A DNA stretch of 64,000 nt, taken from NCBI RefSeq assembly GCF_963921235.1, contig NC_086097.1, forward strand, positions 188,110,001 through 188,174,000, written 5' to 3'. Under the pieces are notes generated by a model, which made no database searches, was not told the DNA's origin, and saw nothing but the letters and a program-made list of their open reading frames with translations. This document shows positions 13,401 through 25,295 of the stretch, one piece after another. The stretch comes from Mobula hypostoma (taxonomy: Eukaryota). Numbering within the stretch: the first letter of the stretch is position 1; every line of letters begins with the position of its first letter. The position numbers and the translations under genes were made by a program.

Positions 13401-13766
13401 GTCTGCCCGTTTATTTCTTCTGCCAAAGTGCATAACCATACACTTTCCAACATTGTATTTCATTTGCCACTTCTTTGCCCATTCTTCCAATCTATCCAAG
13501 TCTCTCTGCAGACTCTCTCTTTCCTCAGTACTACCAGCCCCTCCACCTATCTTCGTATCGTCAACAAACTTAGCCACAAAGCCATCTATTCCATAATCCA
13601 AATCGTTGATGTACAATGTAAAAAGAAGCGGCCCCAACACGGACCCCTGGAGAACACCACTGGTAACCGGCAGCCAACCAGAATAGGATCCCTTTATTCC
13701 CACTCTCTGTTTCCTGCCAATCAGCCAAAGTTCTATCCACGTATGTAACTTTCCCGTAAATCCATG

Positions 13767-16700
13767 TGTAGCCCCCCGGCCTACCTCAGGGTCGCTCGGC
13801 TCGCTGTCGTCTAGGGAAACAGCCCTCAGCCCCGCCAAACTGGGTAATCAGTTGTGTGGATGCTGTGTGATGTACCCCACCCCGCCCAGTTAAGATATAT
13901 ATTACTGGAACTATATAATTAATAGAGAATAAAATATCAAAGGAAAATAAAAGGCGCCACACTTATCAAAGTTCAATCTCTTCGTGCACAAACAGTTGGA
14001 GCTCAGGACCCTTCTTCTTCACTCTGCGACCCCTCGGACCACCTCGACCAGCCGCCTGGGACCAACAACGGTGGTCGACCAGATGCTCCACACGAGTCCG
14101 TCTCCGTCTCCTCTCCTCACCGAACGCCTCACTCAGGGTCCGACCCTGTTAGCGGAGTCACAGCACCTGGTTCATCCTCTGTCTCTCTCTCTCCCACCTT
14201 CTGCCCCAAAACCCCGCACATACAATATCTTCAGATACACCAAAAACATTACAACTATCTTAATTGGTTCGTAACATCTCCTTATCACAGTCTAACCCAA
14301 AACAAGCTGTTAGCGCAAGAACTTTCTCAGCGTTGAACATAACAAAGAAGCATTCCCAAGTATAACATAACAAAGAAGCCATTTTAATTAGCCTACGCAG
14401 TAACATAAAAGACGAAACCCCCTTACACTCTCCCCCCGCCAAACAAAGTCATGTCCTCATGACTTCTAAATAACTCGCCAACCAGTCCTGCAGACACATA
14501 ACACACACATACACAGATACACACAGTGACTGTGCTCCCCAAACAGTGGACCTTATGCCCGTCAACGGGCGCTACATAGGCCAACCTATCTGGGAGCTTC
14601 CTAATCCTCTGAGACCTCCGTACCCCCTCACCTAAACCTTAAAGGCTCAAACACTACTAGGGATACCTCGGGCCTGCCTGCCAACTCCTCTCTCACTCAG
14701 GCCACCATTACAACTCGGAGTCCCCTGTCCCGTGTCCGGGGCCCCGCTTCTTTTCCTTCCTGGTCCTGCCACAACTCACTGCCCACAGCTAGCCCTCCCC
14801 ACTACACCTGACTCAGTGGGAGAAGGGCCAAACATCTATTCCTCAATCACGGGGAAGTTAGCGAAAGGCAGCAGGTACCACATGTCCAGCACATCATCCT
14901 TCGAATCTGTATTCTTCCTCATTCCCTCGATCGGTAGCTGCTGTTTAAGTTTCTCCAAACTGAAACATTTAGCCGGGGCTACCCCTTCAGCCTCCTGCAG
15001 TCGATACGTCAGCTTCTTTGGGGACTCCTTCAACTCTCGCCACAGCTTAAGCAGCTCTGACTTGGGGTTCTTGGCCATCTCAATCTGGGACGCAGTTACC
15101 CCACCAGCTTCTCCCACCCTGACCTGAAAAGCAGCAGTTAAAGGATGTTCAGCCTCCGGTTGTTTCTTCCTGATGACGTCCTCCAGGTCAACGTTCAGTT
15201 TTCCCACTTCATTTAAACTGTCGATAGTCATCTTCAGGTTCCTTTCAAGCATCCACCTCGCTTTTCCGAGATCTGTCCTCCATTTCTTCACCTCCTCGGG
15301 AGTGTAGTCAAACTCCCCTCCTGGGCTCTCAGTTTTCTGTTGGCCTTAGTCAGAACACTTCCTTGATCTTCCCCAACTTGCAAGTCTTCCAATCTTTTCT
15401 GAATCGATGTCTTGAGTTTCTGCTGATCCCTTCGCAGGTGGGTCATTGTTTCTTCTCGCTGGATTAATTCATCAGTACATGACCGCAGTGTCGGCTCGGA
15501 AATCCGTTGCTCCTTCTCCACGTTGATGAGCGTGAATTACAAGTCTGCAATGGTCGTCCCACAAGTGCAGCACTCAGTCTCCGGCCGGCATTTCTGAGCA
15601 CTCAGTTCAGCGGTGCAAATCCCCTCTCTCCCCTGTGTCTCATTCAGATTGACGACCTGAGTTTCCATCCCCAGGTCCACCACCGTCTGTTCCAACACCA
15701 GGAAGTTCAACTGGTATGTCGGGTCATTTTTCTCACATTGCACCAAACTCCTCCGGCCAAAAACTCCTCCACATTTGACACTTCGCTTCTGTCGCCCGGG
15801 CTCAGCCACTCACCTGGCCCCAGGCAAATCCAAGCTCTAGGCAGTCATCCACACACGCCAAAACTCCACACACCTTCACTTCCCCCATGGTCTTCCTCAT
15901 GCCCCGCGGGAAGGATGCAGGGGCTCCGGATATGCCCTTGGGCATCTTTTCGAATCGGAAGAATCCTAGGGAACTAATAACGTCTGTCGTTGGCTCAACA
16001 GCTGCACTCCTCAGGATCTGGCAACATCCACTCCTCAGATCCAGCACATTAAACCACGTCACATAATCCACACACACGCTGCCTCCATCTTCCACGGCGC
16101 CAGGGTCCAGTTGCTGCAACCTCTCTCTCACTGAGGTGTCTTCAGCGGTCAACTCCCCTCCCTCGTGGTAGTTCGGAGCATCTACTAAGAGGGTCTCACC
16201 CTCAGCTACTTTCCCCAGGCCATACCACCCCTGGGTCTCGTTTAAATTCAGTACCGGCTCAAGGCTGCTACACACGTCCTCAGAAGCAACTCGACACGCT
16301 GGGTGCCCAGACAATGCCTCCATGAACTCCAGGGTCATTAACCAATCATCGTCTTCCGGATAACTACTGCCACTAGTACCCAAAGTCTCCGGTGCCCTTG
16401 CGGTTGTCAAGGGTAAATGCTTCAGACACCAGTTGTAAAACGAACCGTACAACAACTTGACCTGCACCTCGGGGTTGAGCAACATACATCAAAGTTGCTG
16501 GTGAACGCAGCAGGTCAGGCAGCATCTATAGGAAGAGGCGCAGTCGACGTTTCAGGCCGTTGAGGATGGCTTTAGCATCGCTTCCCTCTATCCATAACGA
16601 CACCCTGGGGCGTGGTCCCTCTAAGCCTTCAGGAATAGGGTCTTTTCCTTTCGGAAGTTCATTGGTACATTGCTGGGAACGTGCTTCCCCAGAGACCCCA

Positions 16701-18024
16701 AGCCGTTCCCCCACTGGGCCTCCACTAAGTTTCCCAACACCTCTCTGATCAGCTGAACAACTGAAGGAGGGGCTGATCCCCTGAAATGATCCCCCTGGCA
16801 CTGCAAGCAATTTAGCTGCCCTCCTAGCCAGAGAAGACACACTGAAAATTTTCCCCCCTCTTTCAAATAACTGATAGCTGTCACTATGGTGTAAGTGAAC
16901 CTGACAGCTCTAACACCGTCACCAGCTCGCCTACTTAAACTTCAACCAATCCCTGTCGCTCTCCTCAACCGAGCACTGCCACTCATCTAACAACTGAGAG
17001 ATCCGCTCCGCCCAGGTTTCGCACGTCTCCGCCCCTCTTGGGGTGGACACTATCCCAAGCGCCAGGCGGAGCCTGCCAGAGCTGGAACATTTATTCGCAC
17101 ACACTACCTCCAAATCAGACCACTCTTTCCTCTCTCTCCCAACCACATGGGCAGCCCCAAGTGCCACCTCCAACTCGTCAATGCTAGTCTGAACTCGAAC
17201 AAAGACCCCACCCACCACACATACAGCAATAACCAGCAAATAACCCACAGAGACTCACATTACTGATTTAAACAGGGCACCCACACAGCATACCAGTAGA
17301 TCCAATCCCGGACAAAAGCCCACACAATGTAGCCCCCCCGGCCCTCCTCAGGGTCGCTTGGCTCACTGTCATCTAGGGAAACAGCCTCGGCCCCACCAAA
17401 CTGGGTAACTAGTTTGTGCGGATGCTGTGTGATGTACCCCACCTCGCCCAAATAACAGACAATACACCAGGTACGATTAAATGATTTACAGTTTATAGAT
17501 ATTACTGGAACTATATAATTAATAGAGAATAAAATATCAAAGGAAAATAAAAGGCGCCACACTTATCAAAGTGCAATCTCTTCGGCACAAACTGTTGGAT
17601 CTCAGGACCCTTCTTCTTCACCGTGTGACCCCTCGGACTACTTCGACCGGCCACCTGGGACCAACAACGGTGGTCGACCAGACGCTCCACACGAGTCCAT
17701 CTCAGTCTCCTCTCCTTGCTGAATGCCCTGCTCGGGGTCTGACCCCGTTAGCGGACTCACAGCACCTGGTCCATCCTCCTACTCTCTCTCCTGCCTTCTG
17801 CCCCAAAATCCTGCGCATACAATATCTTCAGATACACTAAAAACATTACAACTATCCCAATTGGTTCGTAACAATTCCTTATCACAGTCTAACCCAAAAC
17901 AAGCTGCTAGTGCAAGAACTTTCTCAGTGTTTAACATAACAAAGAAGCATTCCCAAGTATAACATAACAAAGAAGCCATTTTAATTATCCTACGCAGTAA
18001 CATAAAAGACGAAACCCCCTTACA
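13767..18024 (-). mobile_element. Gypsy LTR retrotransposon (PNMA-like gag), internally condensed, two LTRs
   Basis: Direct LTRs 13767-14427 and 17328-18024 (TG..CA); TSD catg/tatg; degenerate tRNA-Pro-like PBS at about 17305-17325; PPT at 14428-14442; gag ([17 protein letters not shown]), protease and RT (FEKMPKGISGAPASF) remnants. Confidence 0.9.
16480..16558 (-). mobile_element. 79-bp Penelope tail fragment inserted in the Gypsy protease region
   Basis: Reverse complement matches about 2640-2718; flanked by gttgag (16474-16479, 16559-16564). Confidence 0.88.
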
Positions 18025-18682
18025 TATGGGCTCTTATCTTGTTAAGCAGCCTCATGTGTGGCACCTTGTCAAAGGCCTTCTGAAAATCTAAATATACAAC
18101 ATCCACTGCATCTCCCTTGTATAGCCTACTCGAAATTTCCTCAAAAATTTGTAATAGGTTTGTCAGGCAGGATTTTCCTTTGAAGAATCCATGCTGAGTT
18201 CTGCCTACCTTGTCATATGCCTCCAGGTAATCTGTAACCTCATCCTTGACAATCAACTCCAATAACTTCCCAACCACCGATGTCAAGCTAACAGGTCTAT
18301 AATTTCCTTTTTGCTTCCTTGCCCCCTTCTTAAATAGCAGAGTGACATTTGCAATCTTCCAGTCCTCCGGAACCATGCCAGAATCTGTCGACTTTTGAAA
18401 GATCATCGCTAGTGCCTCCGCAATCTCCACAGCTACTTCCTTCAGAACATGAGGGTGCACTCCATCCAGTCCAGGAGATTTATCTACCTTTAGACTATTC
18501 AGCTTCCTGAGTACTTTCTCTGTCGTAATTGTGACTGCGCACACTTCTCTTTCCTGCCACCCTTGAGAGTCTGGTCTACTGCTGATGTCTTCCTCAGTGA
18601 AGACTGATGCAAAATACTCGTTCAGTTCCTCCGCCATCTCCTTATCTCCCATTACAATTTCTCCAGCATCATTTATTGTGCC

Positions 18683-19539
18683 TGTTACGAGAATACACAT
18701 AAAATTAAGATGTTTGCTGGCCTGGGCTAGCATCAGTGGCATCAGCAGTTGGTCTGCCACCTGCCCTCAGGGGAAGGAGAGATAAGGAACAATGGAGCAG
18801 CGTCTGGAGATGTGTAATGAAGGGACGTGGGAGAGAGAGAGCTGTCTGGAGCGGCTCCCCCCTTTGAACCCTGAACTGTTTGAAGTGATGGACAGGCGAT
18901 GCCCCAGCAGGGGGATAAAAAGGGACAGGTTTGCTAAGACAGAGACACACGCCACCCGAGGTAACGAGACCCTGGAAGCGGTGCGCCTCTCACGAGTGGG
19001 TGAGAAGTATCAGACAACGACCAGGGTGGAAAGGTACGATCAGCGGGAACCCGGTGTGTGTCCGCCTTTGCCTGGGTGCCGGGTTCACTGCAGAGGATCG
19101 ACCGCATCTGGAGGAGGGGTCACAGTCGGTGACCTCAGGTGACATCACCAAGGACCCGCCCAAAAAGTTGCTTGTGAGCAATCTCGCCGGTCTGTGAGTG
19201 AAGCCGTGTCTGAATGATCAGTTGTTCCTGTTCTCTCTCTCTCTTCCCCCACGTTGTCCATCGCCATGGCAACGATTACTGCGAACTGAACTGGACTGAA
19301 CTTTGAGTCACTTTTAAATTTGGTCATTTACCCCTAGACAACGATAGAGCTTGATTGATGCTGTTATCTTAATTCTGTGCACATGTATGTTTATCATCGC
19401 TGAACTGTTGCATTTATTATCCTTTCGATTACTGTGTTGCTTGTTTCTTTAATAAAACTTTCTTAGTTCTAGTACTCCAGACTCCAACTGAGTGATCTAT
19501 TTCTGCTGGTTTGGCAACCCAGTTACGGGGTACGTAACA
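18683..19539 (+). mobile_element. Solo LTR related to the LTRs of the Gmr1-type element at 24357-30065
   Basis: tgttacg...cgtaaca termini, TSD tgcc, AATAAA near 19450; shares blocks such as ggcaacccagttacggggtacgtaaca with those LTRs. Confidence 0.92.
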
Positions 19540-21187
19540 TGCCAAAGGTACTGAGAGAACAGAATATTCAGGAGATAGATGTGAGCAACCCTGAAATTCA
19601 CCGTCCAGATGAAGAGCTTTTTACTGAGTACCTGGCAAAGAGGCAGTTGCTAAGTGAGGAAGCACAAGAGATCCCCCCTTACAAGACAAAGCAGTTCTTC
19701 AAATATGCCAGAGCATTCTGTGTCAGGTGCTTTCAAAAACTTGGAGAAGTTCCCAATGAGAGACCAAATCTTGAAAAATCTGTCAGTGGTCAATACAGAG
19801 AGCCAAAATGAGGTGAATCCAGACCAGATTTTGACTTTGGCAGACAGATTTCCAAATGTGATTAAGGCAGATGCAAGATAACAGCTCCAATTGGAAGTCC
19901 TGGATTATGTCTCAACTAACCTTGAAGGACTGGTGCTAAACTACAAAAGTTTGCCAGTTGATGAGTTCTGGGGGAAGCTGTCCAAAATAAAATCTGTGAG
20001 CACAGGGCAGTTGAGATTCAAAGCGCCCTGCCAGTTGATGAAGCTGCTTATGGTGCTGCCAAATTCTAATTGTGATGTAGAAAGGGCATTCAGCATGGTG
20101 CATCACATTAAGACAGAATTCAGAAGTCAGCTGCTTCACAAAACACTTGTGAATCTGATGTCTTGCAATATTAACAAATTCATTGACACAGACTGCTATG
20201 AGCTTGAGACCTCTGGCAAAATGCTCAAATCTGCCAAGCAAGCCACATCCCAGTACAAGGAACTGTAAATATATATATGAAAATAGTTTCAATATGTGAT
20301 CAAATAAATTGTTGTGTTCTTTCATAATCAAATGTCCTGTATACACGCACCCTTGGAGGTCAACCGGTTGGGGGGGGGGGGCGGGGGAGCGGGGGAGCAG
20401 AGAATATGGGGTTGCGGGGGGGGGCGGGGGTGCTACCTCTCTGAAATGGGTTTTTGCAAGGTGGCATGTCTGTATCTGACATTCTTTTCACAATGGGCAA
20501 ATAAGAACCACCATCAGATAATGCAGCAGAAAGGAGATCCCACCTCTAAATAGAAGCAGAAAAAATTGTGTACAGGCTATCTACAAATTGAAAGAAAATT
20601 AATGCTTCTTGACAACATTCAGCAGCATATTTTTCAACCAAATATAGTGAATGTGCAAAACATGGAATGTAATCCGCAAACTCATTCAGCTCTTTAATTC
20701 ATGCTTGTAAGCCACTATACTTTCCACTCATGTTGCTGGCATTGTCATAACTTTGACCACGGCAGTCTTTTATATCAATGTAATTTTCCTTTAAAAAGTC
20801 AAGTAAACTTTGAGCGAGCTGTTCAACACTATGACCTTCCATATCCAAAAACTTCAAAGATCTTTCAACTGGTCCAGATGGCAAAATATAGCGCTCAAAG
20901 TCAGCTGGTCCACATTAGATATACCTGGAGTAGAATCCAATGAAACAGAATAATATTTGTATTTCTTCACTTCACCAATAATGTGATCCAGTATGCTGAA
21001 TCCAATCAGATTGATGAACTCATCACATGTTGTTTTAGATAGGTATGATTTATGTCCCCTTCCTTGGTTTGCATGAGCATTTATACCACAACACAGCAAG
21101 GAGCCAATACACGCCTGCACACACGTATTGTACCATGCAGCATGCAGCTCCCCTGACATGAAAATAACAGCGTTGACAGATTGTCGT

Positions 21188-21747
21188 TGTTGTGGTGTGG
21201 ATGAAATCACAGAGTGTTGCGTTACCGGTAGGTACAAGGCAGTTTCTTTATTCGACAAAACAAGGTTACAGCAGGCAGAGACCCCTGGTGGAACAGGTCT
21301 AACCACCTTGTGATTAAGGCTCGATATTTATTTGCTAAACACAAAGGACAGTTCATAGTTAGAAGTATAGACAATTCTTTGAAGTTTTCACATCTTTTGA
21401 TTAAATTCATTCTACCGGCACCAATATGCCTAATCTGGCATTCATGGCCCTTAGGAATGCAAGTTAAAATCCATAATATATTATTTGGTATGTTACGTGC
21501 TAACATAGAGGACAATACATATTTAAAAAGCATAGATATGGTGTCTTTGCAACTACCTGTAAACTTAGCATTCTTGTCTCAGAGGCGCCAGAGATGCATT
21601 GTTACAAATGAAACTGGGTTCACAGCTTTTAGGAAACGCATTGTTATGAACTCAATCCACACTACTTTGTTAAGGAACAGAAGACTGATGGCTGAAGTAA
21701 TTTACTTAAGTGTAAATGAATCGTCTACCCAAAACTCACTCTTAACA
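21188..21747 (-). mobile_element. Probable solo LTR of a different family (5-bp TSD)
   Basis: TGTT...AACA termini, degenerate TSD gtcgt/gacat, minus-strand AATAAA near 21250; absent from the paralogous hAT copy (empty site at about 37220-37232). Confidence 0.7.
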
Positions 21748-22269
21748 GACATGAGAATACGGTGAGATGCTGATTTCACCAGACTGTAGCTTGCAAGCAC
21801 TTAGTGTGGGGCCCGTAGCATATGCTACTTTTGCTACTAGGTTAATCCAGCCCTGACTGTTTTTCTAAATAAAATAAAAGTAAGTTTGATAAGATCATGT
21901 TAAATAAGGTTTTTTTTGTTTAACTTGATTTTCTCATTATCTGCTGCAAATCCAATCTGGCAGATATGCTCTTCAGAATTTACCCAACTTGACCAGTAAT
22001 AGCATCACTGAGCAATAGTGAAATCCATTACTGACAGCACAAAATTTACCCTTATACTGCAAACCCTGAGAGCCACTTCCTCCTCCATGTATGCTACTTC
22101 AAAACTACCTATCAAGTTAATTGAAAATGAGTCTGTTATGCAGACCAAATTGACAGATCAATTGATTCAATTTGCTTTTCACATGTTTAGTTCCTGTACC
22201 TAGGCCGATAACTTAGTCCATCCAGTTTTTTCCCCTGTTATGTTTTGATGAAGCAATCCAATACAACTG

Positions 22270-22565
22270 ATCGGCTTCTAGGTCATTTCAGAGGGCAGGT
22301 AAGAATATACTACATTCTGTGGGGTCTGGAGTCACATACAGGCTGAACTAAATAAAGTGTTTCTTTCCTATATGAGTATCAATGAACCAGAATGGTAAAT
22401 GGTTTTTATTCTTGATATTAACTTTACAACTTCATAAATAGTTTCAGTTAACTAACTGAATAAATTAACTACAATTACCCAGATGATGTGGTGTGATTTG
22501 AACTCAAGTTTTCAGAATATTAGTCCAGATCTTTGGATGACTGATCCAGTACCAGTATATCACTG
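22270..22565 (-). mobile_element. Old tRNA-SINE resembling the MetaSINE type
   Basis: atttcagagggcaggtaagaat..ggggtctggagtcacatacaggc resembles the reverse complement of the Meta domain (from memory); reversed B-box gatttgaactc near 22495. Confidence 0.5.
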
Positions 22566-22759
22566 TTTCCTATATAAAAGTGATCCCTCATATGATGCAT
22601 ACTGATACTGTCATCTTTGACAAATAACTGATTTGATATAGTTACAAGAATATTCTAAAATATAACTAAATCATGTATTGTGCATGTAATTAGCATTATC
22701 AATAAGCATCCTTCTATTGAGTTCTGAAGAGTTCATTATTAAGCAAATCACAAGTTAAT

Positions 22760-22900
22760 AACAGAAAATGTCAAAAAGACTCAGCATGTCAACCAGCATC
22801 TGTGGCAAGAGAAAGCAAGAGGAAAGGTAGAGAGTCAGCATTTGACTTGCTGAATAGTTTCAGCTTTTTCTGCATTTGTTTCAGATTTTCAGCAACTTCT
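22760..22900. mobile_element. Degenerate inverted pair of Penelope tail relics
   Basis: actcagcatgtcaaccagcatctgt followed by gcatttgacttgctgaatagtttcagc..tcagattttcagcaac, resembling the PLE tail in both orientations. Confidence 0.45.
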
Positions 22901-25295
22901 ATTTTTTTTATATTTCAATAATTTTGACAGTTGTCATGATTTCATTGTATAATACTAACCTTATCATTCCAAAGGCTGTCTAAACAAAATGCATGTCTCA
23001 CAACATGTGCCCATAATACAATTGCTGGTACTAGCACAATTATATGAACTGGATAAGTCTAAAAATCTTTTAATTAACACAACACTGTCTATTAGTCTAT
23101 GTCCCAAACCTAACAATTTCATAATGCTTAAGGGACAAATAAATTGTTGCAGAGTGAGTAATAAAAACTGCAGCCCATATGGTATACTTTCAATTAAATG
23201 TTTTGAGGTGCCATTAGAAAGTGAAAAAGAAGCAAACATATTTGGTTTGGACAAGAGGTAAATGCTGATAAAAATGACACCTTCAGCATCCAAAGGATAC
23301 GGAAACACATGAAGTAATATACAAATAGTATCAGAAAATTTACCAAGGTAAAACTAACCTGTGTTATACTGCAAATAAGTAAAGCTTGCAAAGCACTATT
23401 GATTTCTTCTCATTGTTATGCAAGCCACAAACAAGCATTCAGCAAAGAGCAATTCCAAGTGTCAATTGCATGCCTACACTGAAGCTGGATAGACTTACTG
23501 AATATTTAAAATAGTAAATGTTTTGCATGAACATTTGAAAAGATGATCACATAAGGGAAATTCACCATAAAACTAACTTGGCAAATAAATACAAATAAAC
23601 TCTCTCACAAATTGGATTCAAAATGAGTAAGAATCAAATGGTCATTAGCAGTTTCCAACAGTTCTGCACAACTTCTTTGTTGCAAAATTTAAAGAGGGTT
23701 GAACAAAAGGGAAAATTCAAAATCTGACTTGGAGAGGCTCTCTTTAATTTTAGTCAATAACAATAGGTTATATTGGCACATGGATCACAGTACCATTTCG
23801 CCAAACTGAGTCTATTGATCGCCTAATGTTGAAGACTGGCATTAAAGTTGTTAACCTTCTCTTCACTCAGACACTAAGATATTTGCCGGTGTTAAAGTAT
23901 ATCATATACACATTTGTAACTTTGGAACATTGAGCAGTGCACTTCAGCTAAAATTCTGATATATATTCTACCATTTATAATATCCCAAAGGAAAAGACGC
24001 AGACAATTAATTGTACAACCTCAGAATAGGGCCTGAAGCGCTAACCATCATTTATTCTACCCACAGTAAGTACTAGCAAATCAATCATTCCTAAAATTCA
24101 TTTAAATAATGCACACAATTATCAAAAGGTGCATGTATCAGAACATGAGAAAATTAAAGATCATAAGACATCGGAGCAGAAATAAGCCATTCAGCCCATC
24201 GAGTTTGCTTCACTGTTCCAATATGGCTGATTTATTATAATTCTCAACCCCATTTTCCTGCCTTCTCCCTGTAACGTTTGACCCCTTACTGCTCAAGAAC
24301 CTATCATACTCTACTTTAAATATACCCAATGACTTGGCCTCCACAGCAATCTGTGGTGTGACGAAAGACCAAGTTATCAGAAGATTGATGCTGATGAGAG
24401 AGATAAGAGAGACAAAAGGGAGAAGCGTTCAAAATGTTAACAAGAGACGAGAGAGATTAACGGAAAGAAACACAGTTCCGAGTATTGACAGACCGGTTGC
24501 TTTGAACCTGAACTGTTTGAAGTTTAATGGACAGGCTATACCCCAGCAGGGGGATAAAAGGAACAGCTTCACTAAGGCAAGACAGACACCACGAGATCAC
24601 GAGATAATGAGACCCTGAAAGAGCGATGTGCCCCCACAAGTTGGTAGAAGTTTGGAGGTCTGGTCGCGGGACCCACCATAGACGCACAGGGTGAAAAGGT
24701 ACGATCGGCGGGAACCTAGTGTACGTGTCCGCCCTTGCCTGGGTGTCGGGTTCACCGCAGAAGAACGAACGTATCCGGAACGGAGGGGTCACAATCGGTG
24801 ACCTCAGAAGACATTAAAAGGGCTCGCGCCGAAAGCTAACTGCGAGGAACATCAAAGGTCTGTGAATTGAAATTTGCATTCGCTCGCTCTCTCTCTCTCT
24901 CTCTCTCTCCAACGGCACAACAGCGATTACTGCGAACTGTACTCAGCTGAACTGAACTCTGCGTCACTTGAGACTGATTTTACCCCTAGACTGCGATAGA
25001 GCTTGATTGATTCCTATTATCCTAGTTCTGTGTACATGCGTGTTTTATCATTGCTAACCTGTTGCATTTATAACCTTACGATTAGAGGACTGTGTTACTC
25101 ATTTCTTTAATAAAACTTTCTTAGTTCCAGTAATCCAGATTCCAACTAAGTGGTCCATTTCAACTGGTTTGGCAACCCAGTTACGGGTACGTAACATAAG
25201 TGGGGTTCTCGTCCGCGATTTTGAACGCTAAATTTGGGACGAGGTAAATTGATTGGGGTAAAATTCCCGAAAGAAAGAAAGGGCAAACAGCAGAA

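Larger units (their letters stand above)
12640..18670 (-). mobile_element. CR1-clade LINE, 5'-truncated, interrupted by a Gypsy element
   Basis: TSD atttatt (12633-12639, 18671-18677); RT motifs in ORFs 18020-18760, 13251-13838 and 12727-13233; coding sequence is continuous across 13766/18025. Confidence 0.92.
10896..20472 (+). mobile_element. Second hAT-superfamily transposon with a 6-bp TSD (hAT6-like), decayed, carrying nested insertions
   Basis: TIRs cagacatcccacct / aggtggcatgtctg; TSD tatctg (10890-10895, 20473-20478). Transposase pieces PDSEITKNYAC..ILVDES (11754-12002), GFSSDN, and C-terminal PNSNCDVERAFSMV (19891-20268). Confidence 0.88.
6759..21855 (-). mobile_element. hAT DNA transposon (ZMYM1-like transposase), decayed, carrying nested insertions
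   Basis: TIRs caagccggattaagctagt / actaggttaatccagccctg; 8-bp TSD actgtatt (6751-6758) / actgtttt (21856-21863). Minus-strand transposase pieces at about 6982-7460 (ERSFSKLK..RSTMGQNRL), 10440-10895 (DTRWSAR) and 20479-21085 (SLDSTP, GQSYDNASNMSG). Confidence 0.88.

Noticed and set aside
22964..23391. Short ORFs in AT-rich unique sequence
   Set aside because: No motifs, no convincing splice pairing; lengths are compatible with chance.
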